64,000 nucleotides of DNA from contig NC_087436.1 of assembly GCF_036321535.1 (NCBI RefSeq), positions 68,016,001 to 68,080,000 of the forward strand, given 5' to 3'. The number at the start of each line of letters is the position of its first letter. Position 1 is the first letter of the stretch. The notes beneath the pieces were generated by a model that saw only the letters and a program-made list of their open reading frames with translations, did no database searches and was not told the origin of the DNA. The stretch comes from Camelus dromedarius (taxonomy: Eukaryota). Position numbers and translations under genes: made by a program. This document shows positions 1-13,086 of this stretch, piece by piece.

Positions 1-316
1 ATGGCATCTGGGACAGTGAAGGATTCTCAGAGAGTAGAGTTTTAGCAACCAGTGTGGAATTGTTGAAATACTGTAAATGTGCCAACATGCACTAGTAATA
101 ATTACAGTAGTTATTGAAAGGCTACTTTGAATATATATGCATTTATTCTAAGACAGTCAAAGTATATGTATATTGAAAATTATCAGCATAGAGAATTGAT
201 TTTTTTAAAGTAGTTATTTTTAGCATTTTGTAACTTTAAAAAGGAGCTTAGAGTTAATGTCATCTAAATCCTTACATTTAGAGAGTGGGTTAATAAGAAA
301 AAAATGATGGATGAAT

Positions 317-516
317 TGTGTGTGTGGCCACTTAACATATATATTATATTATATATTACATATAATGTCATATGTTATATATAATGTCATACAGATAACG
401 TCATATTATATATGTCATATGCATATATATGTTATCTATATACATATAGTTGCTCTCTATATAGCATATATATGTGTGTGTGTGTGTGTGTGTTTGTGTG
501 TGTGTCTATATGTATA
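317..516. repeat. Compound (TG)/(TA)-rich low-complexity microsatellite region
   Basis: Alternating TA/CA/TG tract with a recurring (TA)ATGTCATA motif and a (TG)n run at ~473-505. It explains the spurious ORF 311-541. Confidence 0.9.
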
Positions 517-766
517 TGGCCACCTTAAATCTAAATTGTAATCCCCAGATTGGTTTCTGCTAGGACTATGTAACTTTTAGAAAGAAAATACTCTGGTTTT
601 CCACCTCTGATTTCCTATTTTCATTTTCAATAATTTCTCATTTAAAACTAGTCAGAACCTGTTAGGAGGAAAAAAATAAATCAGAATGCATTTATTTGCA
701 TGTTTTACAGCAAAGATGTACAGTGATCACTACTTTAAAGTTTCTCAAATATAAAACATGTCAATG

Positions 767-832
767 GAATTTTATCAGTGATAGAATTTTATCAGTGATA
801 GACTGTGAAAACATAAGAGGAAACATAAGAGG
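767..832. repeat. Two adjacent perfect tandem duplications (17 bp x2; 12 bp x2)
   Basis: GAATTTTATCAGTGATA at 767 and 784; AAACATAAGAGG at 809 and 821. Confidence 0.9.
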
Positions 833-2032
833 AAGAAAACAGGATTTTGTCTAAGCAAGAAAAGGCAAGATATAGGAAAAATGATACTTGCTTAATAGCA
901 TTCTTAGTAATTTGAAAACCAAAACAAGTGAAACATTCATGAGGATAAATGTTTTTCTTAAAAAAATTCTATTTTATATTTTGTAATGCATATTATTATT
1001 TTTAAAGAATTACAAATAAATAGGAAAAATTCTGTGTCATATTATACAGGAGTGACATAGATCTTGGGTTACATTATATATTTTGTCCCTGTCTCTCAGA
1101 ACCCCAGATATCCTTGTTGATTGCATCAAAATAACTAAAATGGATTAATCTTAATATATTTAAGATTACATTAAGATTTATAGAGAGATATACTTAATAC
1201 ACTTAAAATATACCTCTGTAGAATGCAGTTATATTTTTCCTCTTCTTGTTTTCCTTAGTTTTCAATCAGTGCCTACATTCTGTTCTGGTCTAAGTGTTCT
1301 AAACATTGATAGAACTAGTGTTTTGACCATACAACATATACAATGTGATCAAATGCAACTGCATTTTTACCTCCTCTTCCTTCTTTAAATTTTATTCAGT
1401 GGGGGAATCTTCCCCTGGGCTAATATGGAAACTGGGGTCAATGTCATGAGCTTTATTTCTACTCTTAGATAATGGAAATTTCTAGGCAACTCTAATTGAT
1501 TAATTCTAATATCAGGTGTAAATCTATGATTCAGTTTTTATTCAGAGGGTAAGTTTTCTATTCAGTCCATCCACTTGGTCCTGTAGATGTCGCCTGCGGT
1601 AGGGTAAGAGACATAATGAGTTTCAGCTCTTGCCCCACTAACTTCTTTCCGCATTCACTTTGTGATATTTTAGAGCCCATCAAAGTCAAATCACAGGAAG
1701 GAAGTAAAAATGTGGATAGACTGTTTTCTAAGTTAAATGGGTACTTTTGAACTTTCTAGCTCTGGAAGATACTTAAAACAGATTCTATCATAGGGGGACT
1801 GTTGTGGGTGGTTAGAAAGTCCCATTACTGAGGACTCATTGGTTAGCTCAAGTCACAGACAAAGTATTGATTTACCAACCTGGCCATCTCTCCTCTGTTG
1901 TTCTGCCCCTGGTTCACTGGCTGTATCATCTCCTAGTTAAGACCATGAATTTTGACATTGAATAAACTTGGTCTTAAATCTTGCTTCCATGATTTTCCAA
2001 CTAGGCAAATCATTTAACTTGCTAAATTTAGG

Positions 2033-2035
<3 letters not shown>

Positions 2036-2080
<45 letters not shown>
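2036..2080. repeat. (TG)~22 microsatellite
   Basis: Pure TG run seen directly. Confidence 0.97.
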
Positions 2081-2081
<1 letters not shown>

Positions 2082-2528
2082 GATGGTTTCCATCAAGACT
2101 GAACTCTAAATTCTTTCCTCAGTGACTGGAAGCCTAGAAAATACATTTCCCAGATCTATTTGCCGATAGAGGTCAGGTTCACATTCCAATCAATGACAAA
2201 ACTTGTACAAAAATTAGAAGGTACAAGAGAAGGAGAAACCATTATTCTGTTCTAATGGTAACAGGTATATGCAAGAGCAGAAGGTATTTATGAAGATTTT
2301 AGTAGCTTTGGGAGAAGTCCAGAAAAATCATATGCTTTGGTACTGCAGACAATAGAGATGATCAGCATTTTTCTATCATTTTAACAATTCCTAATTTCCT
2401 CATATCCAGTAGTGGTCTTCTCTGGAATTTACTCCTATCCTACCAAAGTTTTTTAAGTGTGTATTCTATCAAATCCATTCCTGCTAAAATACCTAACTAA
2501 TTATTATTCTCTAACTTGACTAATATAT
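2081..2528 (+). mobile_element. Old ERVL-type solo LTR (LTR33/LTR16-like)
   Basis: Contains 'gaaaatacatttcccagat' and ends 'aaatccattcctgctaaaatacct…tgactaatata', which resemble LTR33/LTR16 blocks from recall. Confidence 0.5.
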
Positions 2529-2629
2529 TGTGAAAAATGTTTAAATGATATTATATATTTCATAGGATTGTAGTGGGAAATATGAGATAAAGCATTTAGC
2601 ACTGTGCCTGTGCTATTATTTTCATCACT

Positions 2630-3600
2630 ATTGTTTTACCATTGATTGAATGTTCTTCCTATACCGAACTTCTCTGACTAGACACGTATCACAATCAGCC
2701 GCTGTGCTTTAGACAGAAGTTAACCTCTCAGATTCAAAATTTCCAAGAGTAGTTTCATCATCTGCAACTGAAATCACCCTGACCTATCCCCATTTAGAAC
2801 TTTAAAGTTGAAGCTTCAGAATTATCTCTGGTAAGTTTCTATAACCTATCATAGTCAATTGTGTTGACTCTCTCTAGGAAGCATTTCTCTCATATAACTG
2901 TCTCCATTTCTAAGAGCACTACAAAATACAGGGATAATGACATGTAAATGATATAATGTACTCAGTCATCCAGGATACCTAGTAGAGCGCTGGTCCATAG
3001 TAGGCTTTCAATTCTAATTACTTTCTCTTTCCCATAGGGCTTTTAATATTATTTTAAGTATCTCAAATTGGTGTCCTTGTAAGAATGTCTATTTGGTAAC
3101 TCTGCCTCTGGTATCTCCCAATTCTCATCTACATTGCATTTTATTACCAAATTAATCTTCTTAAGCAGCCTTCTGGGCATGACAGTCCAATTGTCAGAAA
3201 TTTTCAAATGCCCATGGAATAACTGTTTGCCTCTCTCCCCAGAAATTTTAAGTTCTGCATACTCTACATATGTCTACCTGTCTAATGCCACCTCTCACTG
3301 CTTCTCTCTTTAAAACCTCATTTTTCTAGTAAAACTAGACTAGTTGATATTCAGCGATAAGCCCCATATTCTATATCTCTGCTTTTACTGTTTGTCTTTC
3401 TGCCTGAAATGCCAGTATCCCAAACTTCATCTAGTGTAACTGTACTCATCCTCCAAAGTGATTCAAGTCCCATGTTGGTAATGAAGCCATGGCCAAAGGG
3501 AACCCTCTCTCCTTCTAGCTCTTCTTATGGGTGAACTGACTATATTCTTCCTTATGTCACAGTAATTTTCATATTTTCATGTATTCTAGTTAATTATCTC
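2630..3600 (+). mobile_element. L2 LINE 3' fragments (highly diverged)
   Basis: Pyrimidine-rich L2-like blocks (ctcaaattggtgtccttg…, tgtctttctgcctgaaatgcc, actgtactcatcctccaaag). Confidence 0.45.
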
Positions 3601-5339
3601 TGCTTTTCTACCATGAAACAGAGGTAAGAATTACATTTCAATCCTGGTACAGAAGATACAGAATAATGAAAAATAGTTAAGACCATTAGCTAAAAATTCA
3701 TGCCGGGTTAAACTTTCTCCTCTTCTACTTCCTAGCAGCAGCTTGACTACATAACAGGTTTATCTAAGTCTCTGTTTTTATCTTTAAAAATGAATACAAT
3801 AGCATTAAACCCTTAAAGTTCCATATGCTAATCAATCAGTAAATGGTTCCTTTTATTTTCCTTGCCTATTAGATTATTTTTAACCCTGATATTAGAAAAA
3901 ACATATCTGATTTCATTAGGAGTCCATATTATAATCTACAGGATGCTTTGACACTTTAGACTCTTAGTATCTGTTGCATGAATACATATAAACTGCAGTC
4001 ACTATAATACATTTATACTGAGTTTCACAGCATTTCAACCACTTAAAGCAAAATGACTTCCTCAGCCTTCTTAAAATCTGAGGTTTTCTCCTGTCTCCAG
4101 GCTGGCTGCCTTTATTCATTTATTTATTTTTAACACTGGCCCCTAGTTATTTTCATTTTCTCAGTGAAAATATTTCTTTTAGATCTCGTGGGTCATCATT
4201 TCTCCCCTCTTCATGTTCCCTGCATCTCAGATTATCCAGCCATTCACTTTCTTATATGCAAAGCAGTAATCTCATCAGTCTCATTGACCAAATAATCACC
4301 TTGGTACATGTTTACCAAACAGAACATTAAACATAGCTCCAAAAAGGAAAGTGTATCATTCCCCTAAAGGGAAGAGATGCATTCAGTCACACATGAGCAA
4401 TCTGAATTTTGCTTGTTTAGGAATTTTATGTCCAGAGCAACCTGAAAGGGCAAAGTATTTCTCATGCCAAACTTTATAGGACACAACTGACCAATTAAAA
4501 AAACAGAGGAGTCAGCATTTGTGTGTCCCTTCAGGAGGCATCATGTCAGCAAGTTATTCTTCATTGCTGAGTTTTAACACACCATTAGGCAGCATCCGTG
4601 GCCAAACTGATGTTGCTGTGACTTTTCTTTGCTGCTCCCAGCACCTCTGAACCCTAGATCAGCAAAAGAACACCCAACACCTTTGACATCATAGAAAGCA
4701 ACAGGTTCATTTGGAAGAGCAGTGGACCTGGGATTAGATTCCTTGTTCAATTTTTCTACATTATTGATCAATTATTGTATGATAGCTCTTGGGGAAATTC
4801 CAATTCAGAAATGTGGAACAAATAGTAATAACTCAGAGATAAGGAAGAGACAGACATAAAAAAACAAGTAACTACAACTGAAGGCGGAAAGTAAGATATG
4901 ACAAAATACTACAAATTGCCCAGATGTCAGGGGCATTTATTGGCCTATTCTCTATCTGATGCATTATTGAAGTTTTTCCACTCACTTAACCATTATTACT
5001 CTAGAGCTTATCTGCTAGATGTCAACTAGATCAAGTTCCTTCTTTATGTTCGTTCATCTTATCCAACACAAAACTGAAGTCTTTACCATCACCTATGAAG
5101 CTCTTTATTATAACACTACTATGATAAATGCTATTACAGTAACTCTTTGGGGACAAATTTTAGCTAACTTGTTATCTGCAGCCATTTTCTAAGCAAGTCT
5201 CATATATATGTATAATTATTACAAATACATTTTTACTGTAGATTGTAATTGAACCACATTTTATAACCACTTCAATTCAGACTCAAAGAGCAAAGTCTTC
5301 TTTAAAAATTCCATGATTGGCCCAAAAAACAAGCCAGTT

Positions 5340-5750
5340 GTTACTATTCCTAACAAAGATCACTACAAACTAATCACTCCACAAAATACATGATAAAAGA
5401 ATAGTATCCAAATTGAAGAGGTGGCAAAGACATGAAAAATAAATTTTCAAAATAAGTAATAAGACAGGACAATAAATATATAGTTTAAAATCTCATCAGT
5501 GATCAAAAAGAAAAAAAGATAAATCAAATGAAATGCCAGTTTTCACCTGCAATGTTAGCAAACATTATTCAAAGATAATTTCCACTATTGGTGAGCATCT
5601 ATTTTTGGGGGGGAATGTTGCTACTTTCCCAGGGAAATTTCATGCACCAAAATTCATTTTTAGAAATTTATCAAAAAGAAAAATTACAGATGCAGAAAAT
5701 GTTTTCTACAAGAATGTTCTTTTAAATAATATTATTTTAATTATCACAGT
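5340..5750 (+). mobile_element. Ancient L1 (L1M/L1ME) ORF2 C-terminal remnant
   Basis: 'aataaatata…ctcatcagtgatcaaaa…aatgaaatgccagttttcacct' resembles the L1 ORF2 3' region. Confidence 0.45.
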
Positions 5751-6360
5751 GTAATAGTGACAGCTGACATTTATTAGAGGCATCTGGCACTGTCCTATAT
5801 TCTTATTTAAATTATCTAATTATAATAAAAAACCCTTGAGAACCAAGTGTAAGCAACCAAATGTAAGCATGAAACAGGTCTACTGCATGTAGAAAATTTT
5901 AAAACAATTATAAAACCTATTAAAATTTATCTTCTTGTATCACTCTACCATCAATTCTAAATGCTCCTCCACAAAAATCTTTTCTTAGTTTATGTTCTAA
6001 ACAATTGTTGTGATTACCATTGAGATTTAATAATTTAAATGCCAAGTTAAGGATTTAAAAGCCATTTTGTTCTTTAAGAAACATTTCTTCTACATCAAGT
6101 TAATTTCTCAAGCTCCTAGTTATATAGTCGGCCTCCAACACACATGGACTCAGTCATGAGCATTTATTTAGAGACTCACTACCTAGTAATTTCAAATCAC
6201 TGAGCTCAATTCAGGCATATGTTATGTCTCCAACCCTTGTGATGTGACCTATTCCTATATTTACACACTAGTTTTAAACAAACAATGATAGCACAGTGAT
6301 TGTAAAGAGGAAATGCAGAATTAGAATTAGTTCAACTCTGTCAATTTATATGTCCATTGG

Positions 6361-6591
6361 AAGGTGCTGTTAAGGTGGGTTCATTCTGAGGTCTCCTCTT
6401 GAATTGTGGACAGCTGCCATCTCACTGTCTGCTCATATGACCTCTAAACTCACCACGGGTGCTCCACCTTCATGATCTCATCTAATCCTAATTATCTCCC
6501 AAAGGCCCTGTCTCCAAGTACCATTACATTCAGGTTTAGGGCTTCAACATATAAACTGGGGGTGGAGGGCACAAACATTCACTCTATAACA
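6361..6591 (-). mobile_element. MaLR LTR fragment (MLT1A/B-like)
   Basis: 'ccaccttcatgatctcatctaatcctaattatctcccaaaggcc…acaaacattcactctataaca' is the typical reverse complement of an MLT1 5' portion, ending in CA. Confidence 0.8.
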
Positions 6592-9277
6592 CAAAACAAT
6601 TTAGGAGAAATGCATTTGTAATTTACTTGTACTGTATATTTTCAGCTTCAGTGAAGTAAATTAATATGTAATCTACTGTTATTTGCATAGACCATTGCTG
6701 ATTAAAAAGAATATGCATATTTTTTCTTAGTCTAACAGTTTTCTGTATTTATAATGTCTGTACGATAGTGCTTTTTTTGCCCTGTTGTCTGATGATATTG
6801 ATTATACATGTCACACTTAGTCACTATAATGAAGTTAAATAAAAACTATGTTTAGAAATGATACCACACATTACACATTCTCTTACATGAGGTCAAGTAT
6901 ATTTGAGAATTTGTTCTTCACAGGTAATGCCCAAGGGCTTTGACAAAAGGGAATTGAATCATTGATGTTTTCCTCATTGTGTGTTGAACTGCAATTCAAG
7001 ATGGTGAAGAAAACCACATTAGTCATGAAGTGTTTCCCAGGGCAGCCTCTATCAAAAGAGTATGTGACATATGTATGTATTACTGAAGTATTTAGAGTAC
7101 CTATCACAGCATCAAGTTTAAAATACAGGAATCAGAGCTTTTAGCAAAAGAGATACTCTATGACATCACTTTTGTGTGACTAATTTTGACAGTTTAGAAC
7201 TTTCTGAAACCAAACACAGATGATCATGGAAAAAGCCCAAAGGCTTTTGAATCAAATGAAATTAAGCTTCAACACTGCTGGGAAGTAGATGCATCTTAAT
7301 CTTTTAGATTAGAAAAGAGTAAAATGGAGGCTGAAACATGTTAAATGAATTGCTCAAGGCCACTCATTAAAAGCATCACTGGCCTTTCTGAAGTATTTTA
7401 TCAGATGAAAGCCAGACTAATTCCATGATTTTATTATACCCATTGTGCTTAGCTGGTTAGGAGATACTTTCTTTTATCTGGAAAAATTATAGATTTATTA
7501 CTCTTTTGTTTGCAGTCTTGAGGAGAAGGAAACTGATAAAGGGGCACAAGCTTCTGCCTTACAGTATTTTTAAGGTCTAGTAACTACAGATCTTGTCTGG
7601 CATTTTCTGATACCAGTAACGTTTCCCAAATTAATGTACTTATGTTTACCAAAATAAAATTCTACTACATTCACCAGAAAATTTATTTAGTATGTTCTGT
7701 AACTTTGTTGTTTTTCCCCCTCTATACTTCGAAGAGAAGTTAGCCCCTTTCCTGTAAGTCAGGGAATCTTTTCATTACTTTAATATATTAAAAGGGAATC
7801 AGGCCTGGGTAAATTTCCACGTTTCTGTTTAATGGTACGTTTAAGTATGCCTGTAGACAGCGTTAATGTAATTCCTGTGGGGTGTATTTTATGGCTTAAC
7901 AGAGATGAAGTACTGAGGTATATTCATTATGGTTTACTGTAAAAGGAACTTGAGTGGCACACCCTACAGAGGCATCCCAGGATAAACTGGAACTTACAAG
8001 ATTAGACCAAATACCATGGAATACATTAGGAAACAATTTTTCATAAGTTTTGACATCTTTCTTAGATTTAACTGATTGTAAAAATAATCATCAGAGTTCT
8101 TCAAAATTAGTCTTTTTTAAGACTTTGAAAGAGTTCCAAATACAGTATTCCTAAAAATTTTAATTGTTATATTTTAATATTTATAGCATCTAAGTATATT
8201 TTTCAAAGTTTTCCCAATCCAAACTTAATCATCACTGCCTTGCTATAAGTAGTAATGTCTTCCTGAACTATATCTCAAAGGGATTTTAGAAAAAATTCCA
8301 GTGAAACACCAAATATTTGAACTGATATACTGAATCACTGTAACATTATTATGAAAGGGACAGAAAGGTATCTTTTTGCAGCAGTGCAGTGGCAGTAAAT
8401 TTCAATTCCCACAAAACCTACCTTACCATTTCCAGCCTGAGTCTCAGAGTAGAGATACACTAATCGTATCTTTTATAGAGCAGCATTTCTCTTATAAAGC
8501 TCAAAGGTATTGAGGGAAATCCCAACCAGAAATTTTATTACGATTTGCCAGAATCAATATAAGCTAGTGATATATGATATTTTTTAATATCTCTACCTCT
8601 GTGATGTACTGTTGGTAGGCCACATGTCCGTCAAGCACACCCACATATAACCAAATTCCAGCTTGTTAAGGGTCACACAATACCATTGGTAACCCCAAAT
8701 TACCCCTACAGCATTTTAGTAGCATAATGCATGCAAAATGTAATATTCTAGCACTTTTTACTCATAACAAATCAGATTTAACACTTCATTAGATTCCATC
8801 TTCAGTTTGTATTATTGCAGATATTACTTTAAGAAATAAGCTACATTTAAAAATTTTAAATTCACACCAACTATCAACTCCATTTAGCAAATATCTGTTA
8901 ACATCAAAGAATATAGAAAGCCTTCTTCAAATAGCCCTTACTGGGAAAATCATAGTTTTTTGGAAGTACAACAAATAGTTTTAATTAATAAAACTGTCTG
9001 AACTTAAAAATATTTGTTAGTTGTATTTTCTATATTTTAATCACGTGCTGTTACTGAACAAAATAATGTGTAATATTAATAAACTTGCTTTATGTACAAA
9101 ATGTGAAGCACTGTGAACTGCTTCACAGAACTATCTTCAAGTATTCATTTTAAAACTTGCAGACCAACTGATAGGTAAGCCATGTTTTAACTGTAGCAAT
9201 TTGCCAAAGCATTTTATAGATTAAACATAAATAATCTCATCCATTGTCAGCATCCCATGACCTATATTTTGGTTATA

Positions 9278-9910
9278 CAATAGATTATTATAATTTGTTG
9301 TAGTAATATTTAATAATGTCTCCACAAACACTCAATTAGCAAACATTGGAATCATTACGCACAAAGGAAATATAGAGTCAGGATTCTGTGACCCTCTGGT
9401 CACAACATTTCGTCAACCAAACAATACATAACCTTGCTTTCTAAGTATTGCTGTGTAATGACACCTTATTTAATATATATTGTTGATTCACTAATTTTGA
9501 GCTCATGGCCAGCAGCACTATAACTCATGCCTGAAAAAAACTTATCTATGTATTTTCTCTGCAGGACACATCACAGCTTTCTTATGCTTAGGGACACTAA
9601 ACAACACTTCAGTACTATTTGAAACAGCAAAATCACCAACAAAAACACAAAATGTAAAAAGGTGGTACTAAGTAGACCACAAAAGGACGGTTGTTTGCAG
9701 TGTGAGAGCTGAAATCAGGAGGCAGAGCATCCCCTTGTTTGACTTCAGCTGGAATGCATGCCATTAGGCGAATGGAGTTTTTTGCTACTGTATGCGTGCA
9801 AATATCTACAAATAATCAGGGAAAGCCCTACCTTTACAAGTACTGATTCTAGGGTTACAGACAGGAGGAGAATTCTAAACACAGAATCTGTGAATAATGA
9901 CAGTCAATTG
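9278..9910 (-). mobile_element. MER44 (Tigger7-family) non-autonomous DNA transposon, near full length
   Basis: Matches recalled MER44 blocks (cagcactataactcatgcctgaa; aacagcaaaatcaccaacaaaaa; gagagctgaaa…ggcagagc). Degenerate TIR ends are flanked by TA at 9276-9277 and 9911-9912. Confidence 0.8.
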
Positions 9911-10212
9911 TACATACACTGGAACTTATACAAATGATTTTAGTGACTTTTGTGATTTTTTAACAGTCATGAATATGATAACTGAAAATCTCTTTACATC
10001 CTATAATTATATCTTCAAAGCATTCATGAAGCATTCTTGCTAATGCTACAGTTAGTGTGAAAAATGTACCCCAAAATCAATAATACTGTACTACATGTTG
10101 AATATGATAAAACACAGGCAGGGGAAAAAAAAGAAACTTTGCTGTTCACTTAGGAGAAAGAACTTTATAAAATATTAGAGATAATGATCAGAACATTTAA
10201 AAAGTTTTTAAG

Positions 10213-11276
10213 ACTTAAAAGCTTTTTGCACAGCAAAGGAAACTATAAGCAAAACAAAAAGAAAACCTATGGAATGGGAGAAAATATTTACAAATGATGC
10301 AACTGACAAGGGCTTAACTTCCAGAATATACAAACAGCTCATACAACTCAGTATCAAAACAACCAATAAATCCAATCAAAAAATGGGTAGAAGACCTAAT
10401 TTCTCCAATGAAGATCTACAGATAGTCAACAGGCACATGAAAGGATGCTCAGTATTGCTAATTATCAGAGAAATACAAGTCAGAACTACAATGAGGTATC
10501 ACCTTACACCAGCCAGGAGGGCCATTATTAAAAAGTCCATGAATGATAAATGCTGGAGATGGTGCGGAGAAAAGGGAACCTTCCTACACTGCTGATGGAA
10601 TGTAGTTTGGTGCAGCCATTATGGAAAACAGTACAAAGATTCCTCAAAAGACTAAAAACAGACTTACTATATGATGCAACAATCCCACTCCTGGCCATAT
10701 ATCGGAGGGAACTCTAATTCGAAAAGATACGTGCACCCCAATGTTCATAGCAACACTATATATAATAGCTAAGACATGGAAACAACCTAAATGTCCATCA
10801 GCAGATGTGGTGTGGGTGTGCACGCACACACATGCACAATTGAATACTATCAGCCATAAAAAGGAATAAAATAATGCTATTTGCAGCAACATGCCAGAAA
10901 GAGAAAGAAAAATACCTTATGATATCATTTATATGTGGAATCTTAAAAAAAAAAAAAAAAAGGACACAAATGAACTTACAAAACAGAAACAGACTCACAG
11001 ACATAGAAAACACACTTATGGTTACCAGAGGGGAAATGGGGTGGGGAGGAATAAATTGGAAGTTTGGGATTAGCAGATACAAAGTACTATATATAAAATA
11101 CATAAACAACAAGGTTCTTACTCTATAGCACAAGGAACATATTCAATTAGCTTGTAATAATGTATAATGAAAAAAGAATATGAAAAAGAATATGTATATA
11201 AAAATGTAACTGAATCACTATGTTGTACACCAGAAACTAACACAACATTGTAAATCAACTATTTTTTTAATTTAAA
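10213..11276 (+). mobile_element. 5'-truncated LINE-1 (ORF2 C-terminus + 3'UTR)
   Basis: ORF 10269-10595 encodes EWEKIF…TTMRYHLTP…[11 protein letters not shown], then a 3'UTR. Imperfect TSD AAAAGTTTTTAAG (10200-10212) / AAAGGTATTTAAG (11277-11289) at a TT|AAAA site. Confidence 0.95.
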
Positions 11277-11509
11277 AAAGGTATTTAAGTAAACTTGCTA
11301 CCATAGCTGTATATTTATGTACTCTGAGACTACATCAACCCAAGTTCGTATTAATTTTTATTTGAAAATTAAGTTTTGAATAATTTATGTTTTCAACTAT
11401 GGAAGGTCTCCAAAGTACATGCCTAATATAAAATTAACAATCTTGTATATGTGTAAATATATAATTTCTACATTCTATGGTATATAGTGTAAAATGTCAC
11501 CATTTTTCC

Positions 11510-12640
11510 ATTTATTCATTCAATAAACTTTGAGGATACAATGACAAATAAGAAAATAATAATACCTGTTTTTATGAAGCACACAATCTATTAATAAGGC
11601 CAAGTAAGTAAGCAAAGAAGTACAATTTAATAAAAATGTATTACTGACTTACATAAACAAGGATCCATAAGAGAGAGATCTATTTCAGACTCAGAGGGAT
11701 AGGGTGTGCAGAGCAGAGGCAGAGGTCATGAAAATGCTTCCTGAAAAACAGATATCTGAGCTGAGCTCTGAGGAGTGAGTATGAGTTAAAGAGGCAATGA
11801 CGGGCCAGCTCAGTGTAAAGGAATGATAACTGTACTAAGTCAAGCACCAGATACAGATAAGAATGAAAAAAGAGTATAAGTACAAAACATGAGGCTGAAG
11901 AGGTAAACTGTTTAAAGATCATGAAGAAATATGCTTGTCTGATTGGTCAAAATAAATACTTACACAAAATAAGAAGGGGAGACATTGCTGAAAGTTAAGC
12001 AGAGGAGTGACACGTTGAGTGTAATATTTTAAAATATGGCCCCCAATTCTTTCACATTATCCCCACTGAGTCAAGGTTCTACTACTGCTTGACCACTAGC
12101 ATGCAGCAGAAGTGAGGCTCTGCCAATTTCCAGGAATTTGCCTTTCCCGGTAATGTCTACATCCTGTCTCTGGGGAGAGATGTTCTTAGAAATCAGCCCC
12201 CCATCTTGAAGGAACTCCAAGCAGCCCAGAAAGGCTCACATGGAAAATAAAGTCCTTGACCCTCAACCGAGCTTCCAACTGTAACCAAATTGCCAGCCAT
12301 GCAAATGAGCCATCATGGAAGTTATTATCCAGTCTATCCACTGTATGAAGCAGAGATGGGCCCTTCCCTCCAATCTGATCAAATTGCAGATCGATGAACT
12401 AAGTAAATTATTATTGATTTTAACTCCTTGAATTTTGAGGTGGTTCACAGTAGCAATGGATGACTAGAATAGTAAGACTTAGTTTTACAAAGATGACTTT
12501 GATATATTTGCAGTATGGAAGTCAGATTGGGAAAGACAAAATTAAAGATAGGAAAGTCACTTGAAAGACCACTCAAAGATTGAGTTAAGAACTGATAATG
12601 GTCAAAACCTAAGTACAGGAGCGTGGACCACTTATAATAG
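11510..12640 (-). mobile_element. L2 LINE 3' region interrupted by an MLT1 LTR
   Basis: Begins with the L2 tail reverse complement (tttattcattcaataaac). 'ttaagcagaggagtgacacg' resumes as 'acttagttttacaaagatgactttg' after the LTR. Confidence 0.7.
12020..12471 (+). mobile_element. MaLR solo LTR (MLT1F/G/H-like)
   Basis: Starts TGT…atggcccccaattcttt, contains 'ttgccagccatgcaaatgagccatc', ends 'tagcaatggatgactagaata'. Confidence 0.75.
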
Positions 12641-13086
12641 TGAACTTTATTTTGACCATGAGTCAATTTTATGTAGGTAAATTATACATCAATGAAACTT
12701 TTAAAAAAGAATAAAGAACAATGTTCAGTTTTATGATTTAGGCACTTATGTGGATAATATTGTGTTCATATGAAAATTATATAAAGAAATCTCATTCTTC
12801 CTTGCACTTTTGTGTATATTAATGCCACTGTGAATGGTGAATGGTGTGAATGCCTTGATTTTCCATTTTAGGTATTATTTCCCTGATTTTTATTTACTTT
12901 TCTTCATGTAATTGTGTTTATGTTAGAATTTTGGTTTTTTGTTATCAGACACCATATCTTGCTGGCACCAATAGAAAAGGAAAATGTAGAATAAAATCTC
13001 AGGTATGTGTGGAACCAGAGATTTAAATTTGTCAGGCTTTCTTTTTGTCTTATTCCTGCTCCCCTCTATGTTTTTGCTTCATTTTG

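Larger units (their letters stand above)
1935..2612 (+). mobile_element. MIR SINE remnant split by a (TG)n tract and an LTR
   Basis: 5' half ~1935-2036 (…aaacttggtcttaaatcttgcttcc…ggcaaatcatttaactt) and 3' half ~2530-2612 (tttcataggattgtagt…aaagcatttagcactgtgcctg) resemble consecutive parts of the MIR consensus. Confidence 0.55.
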
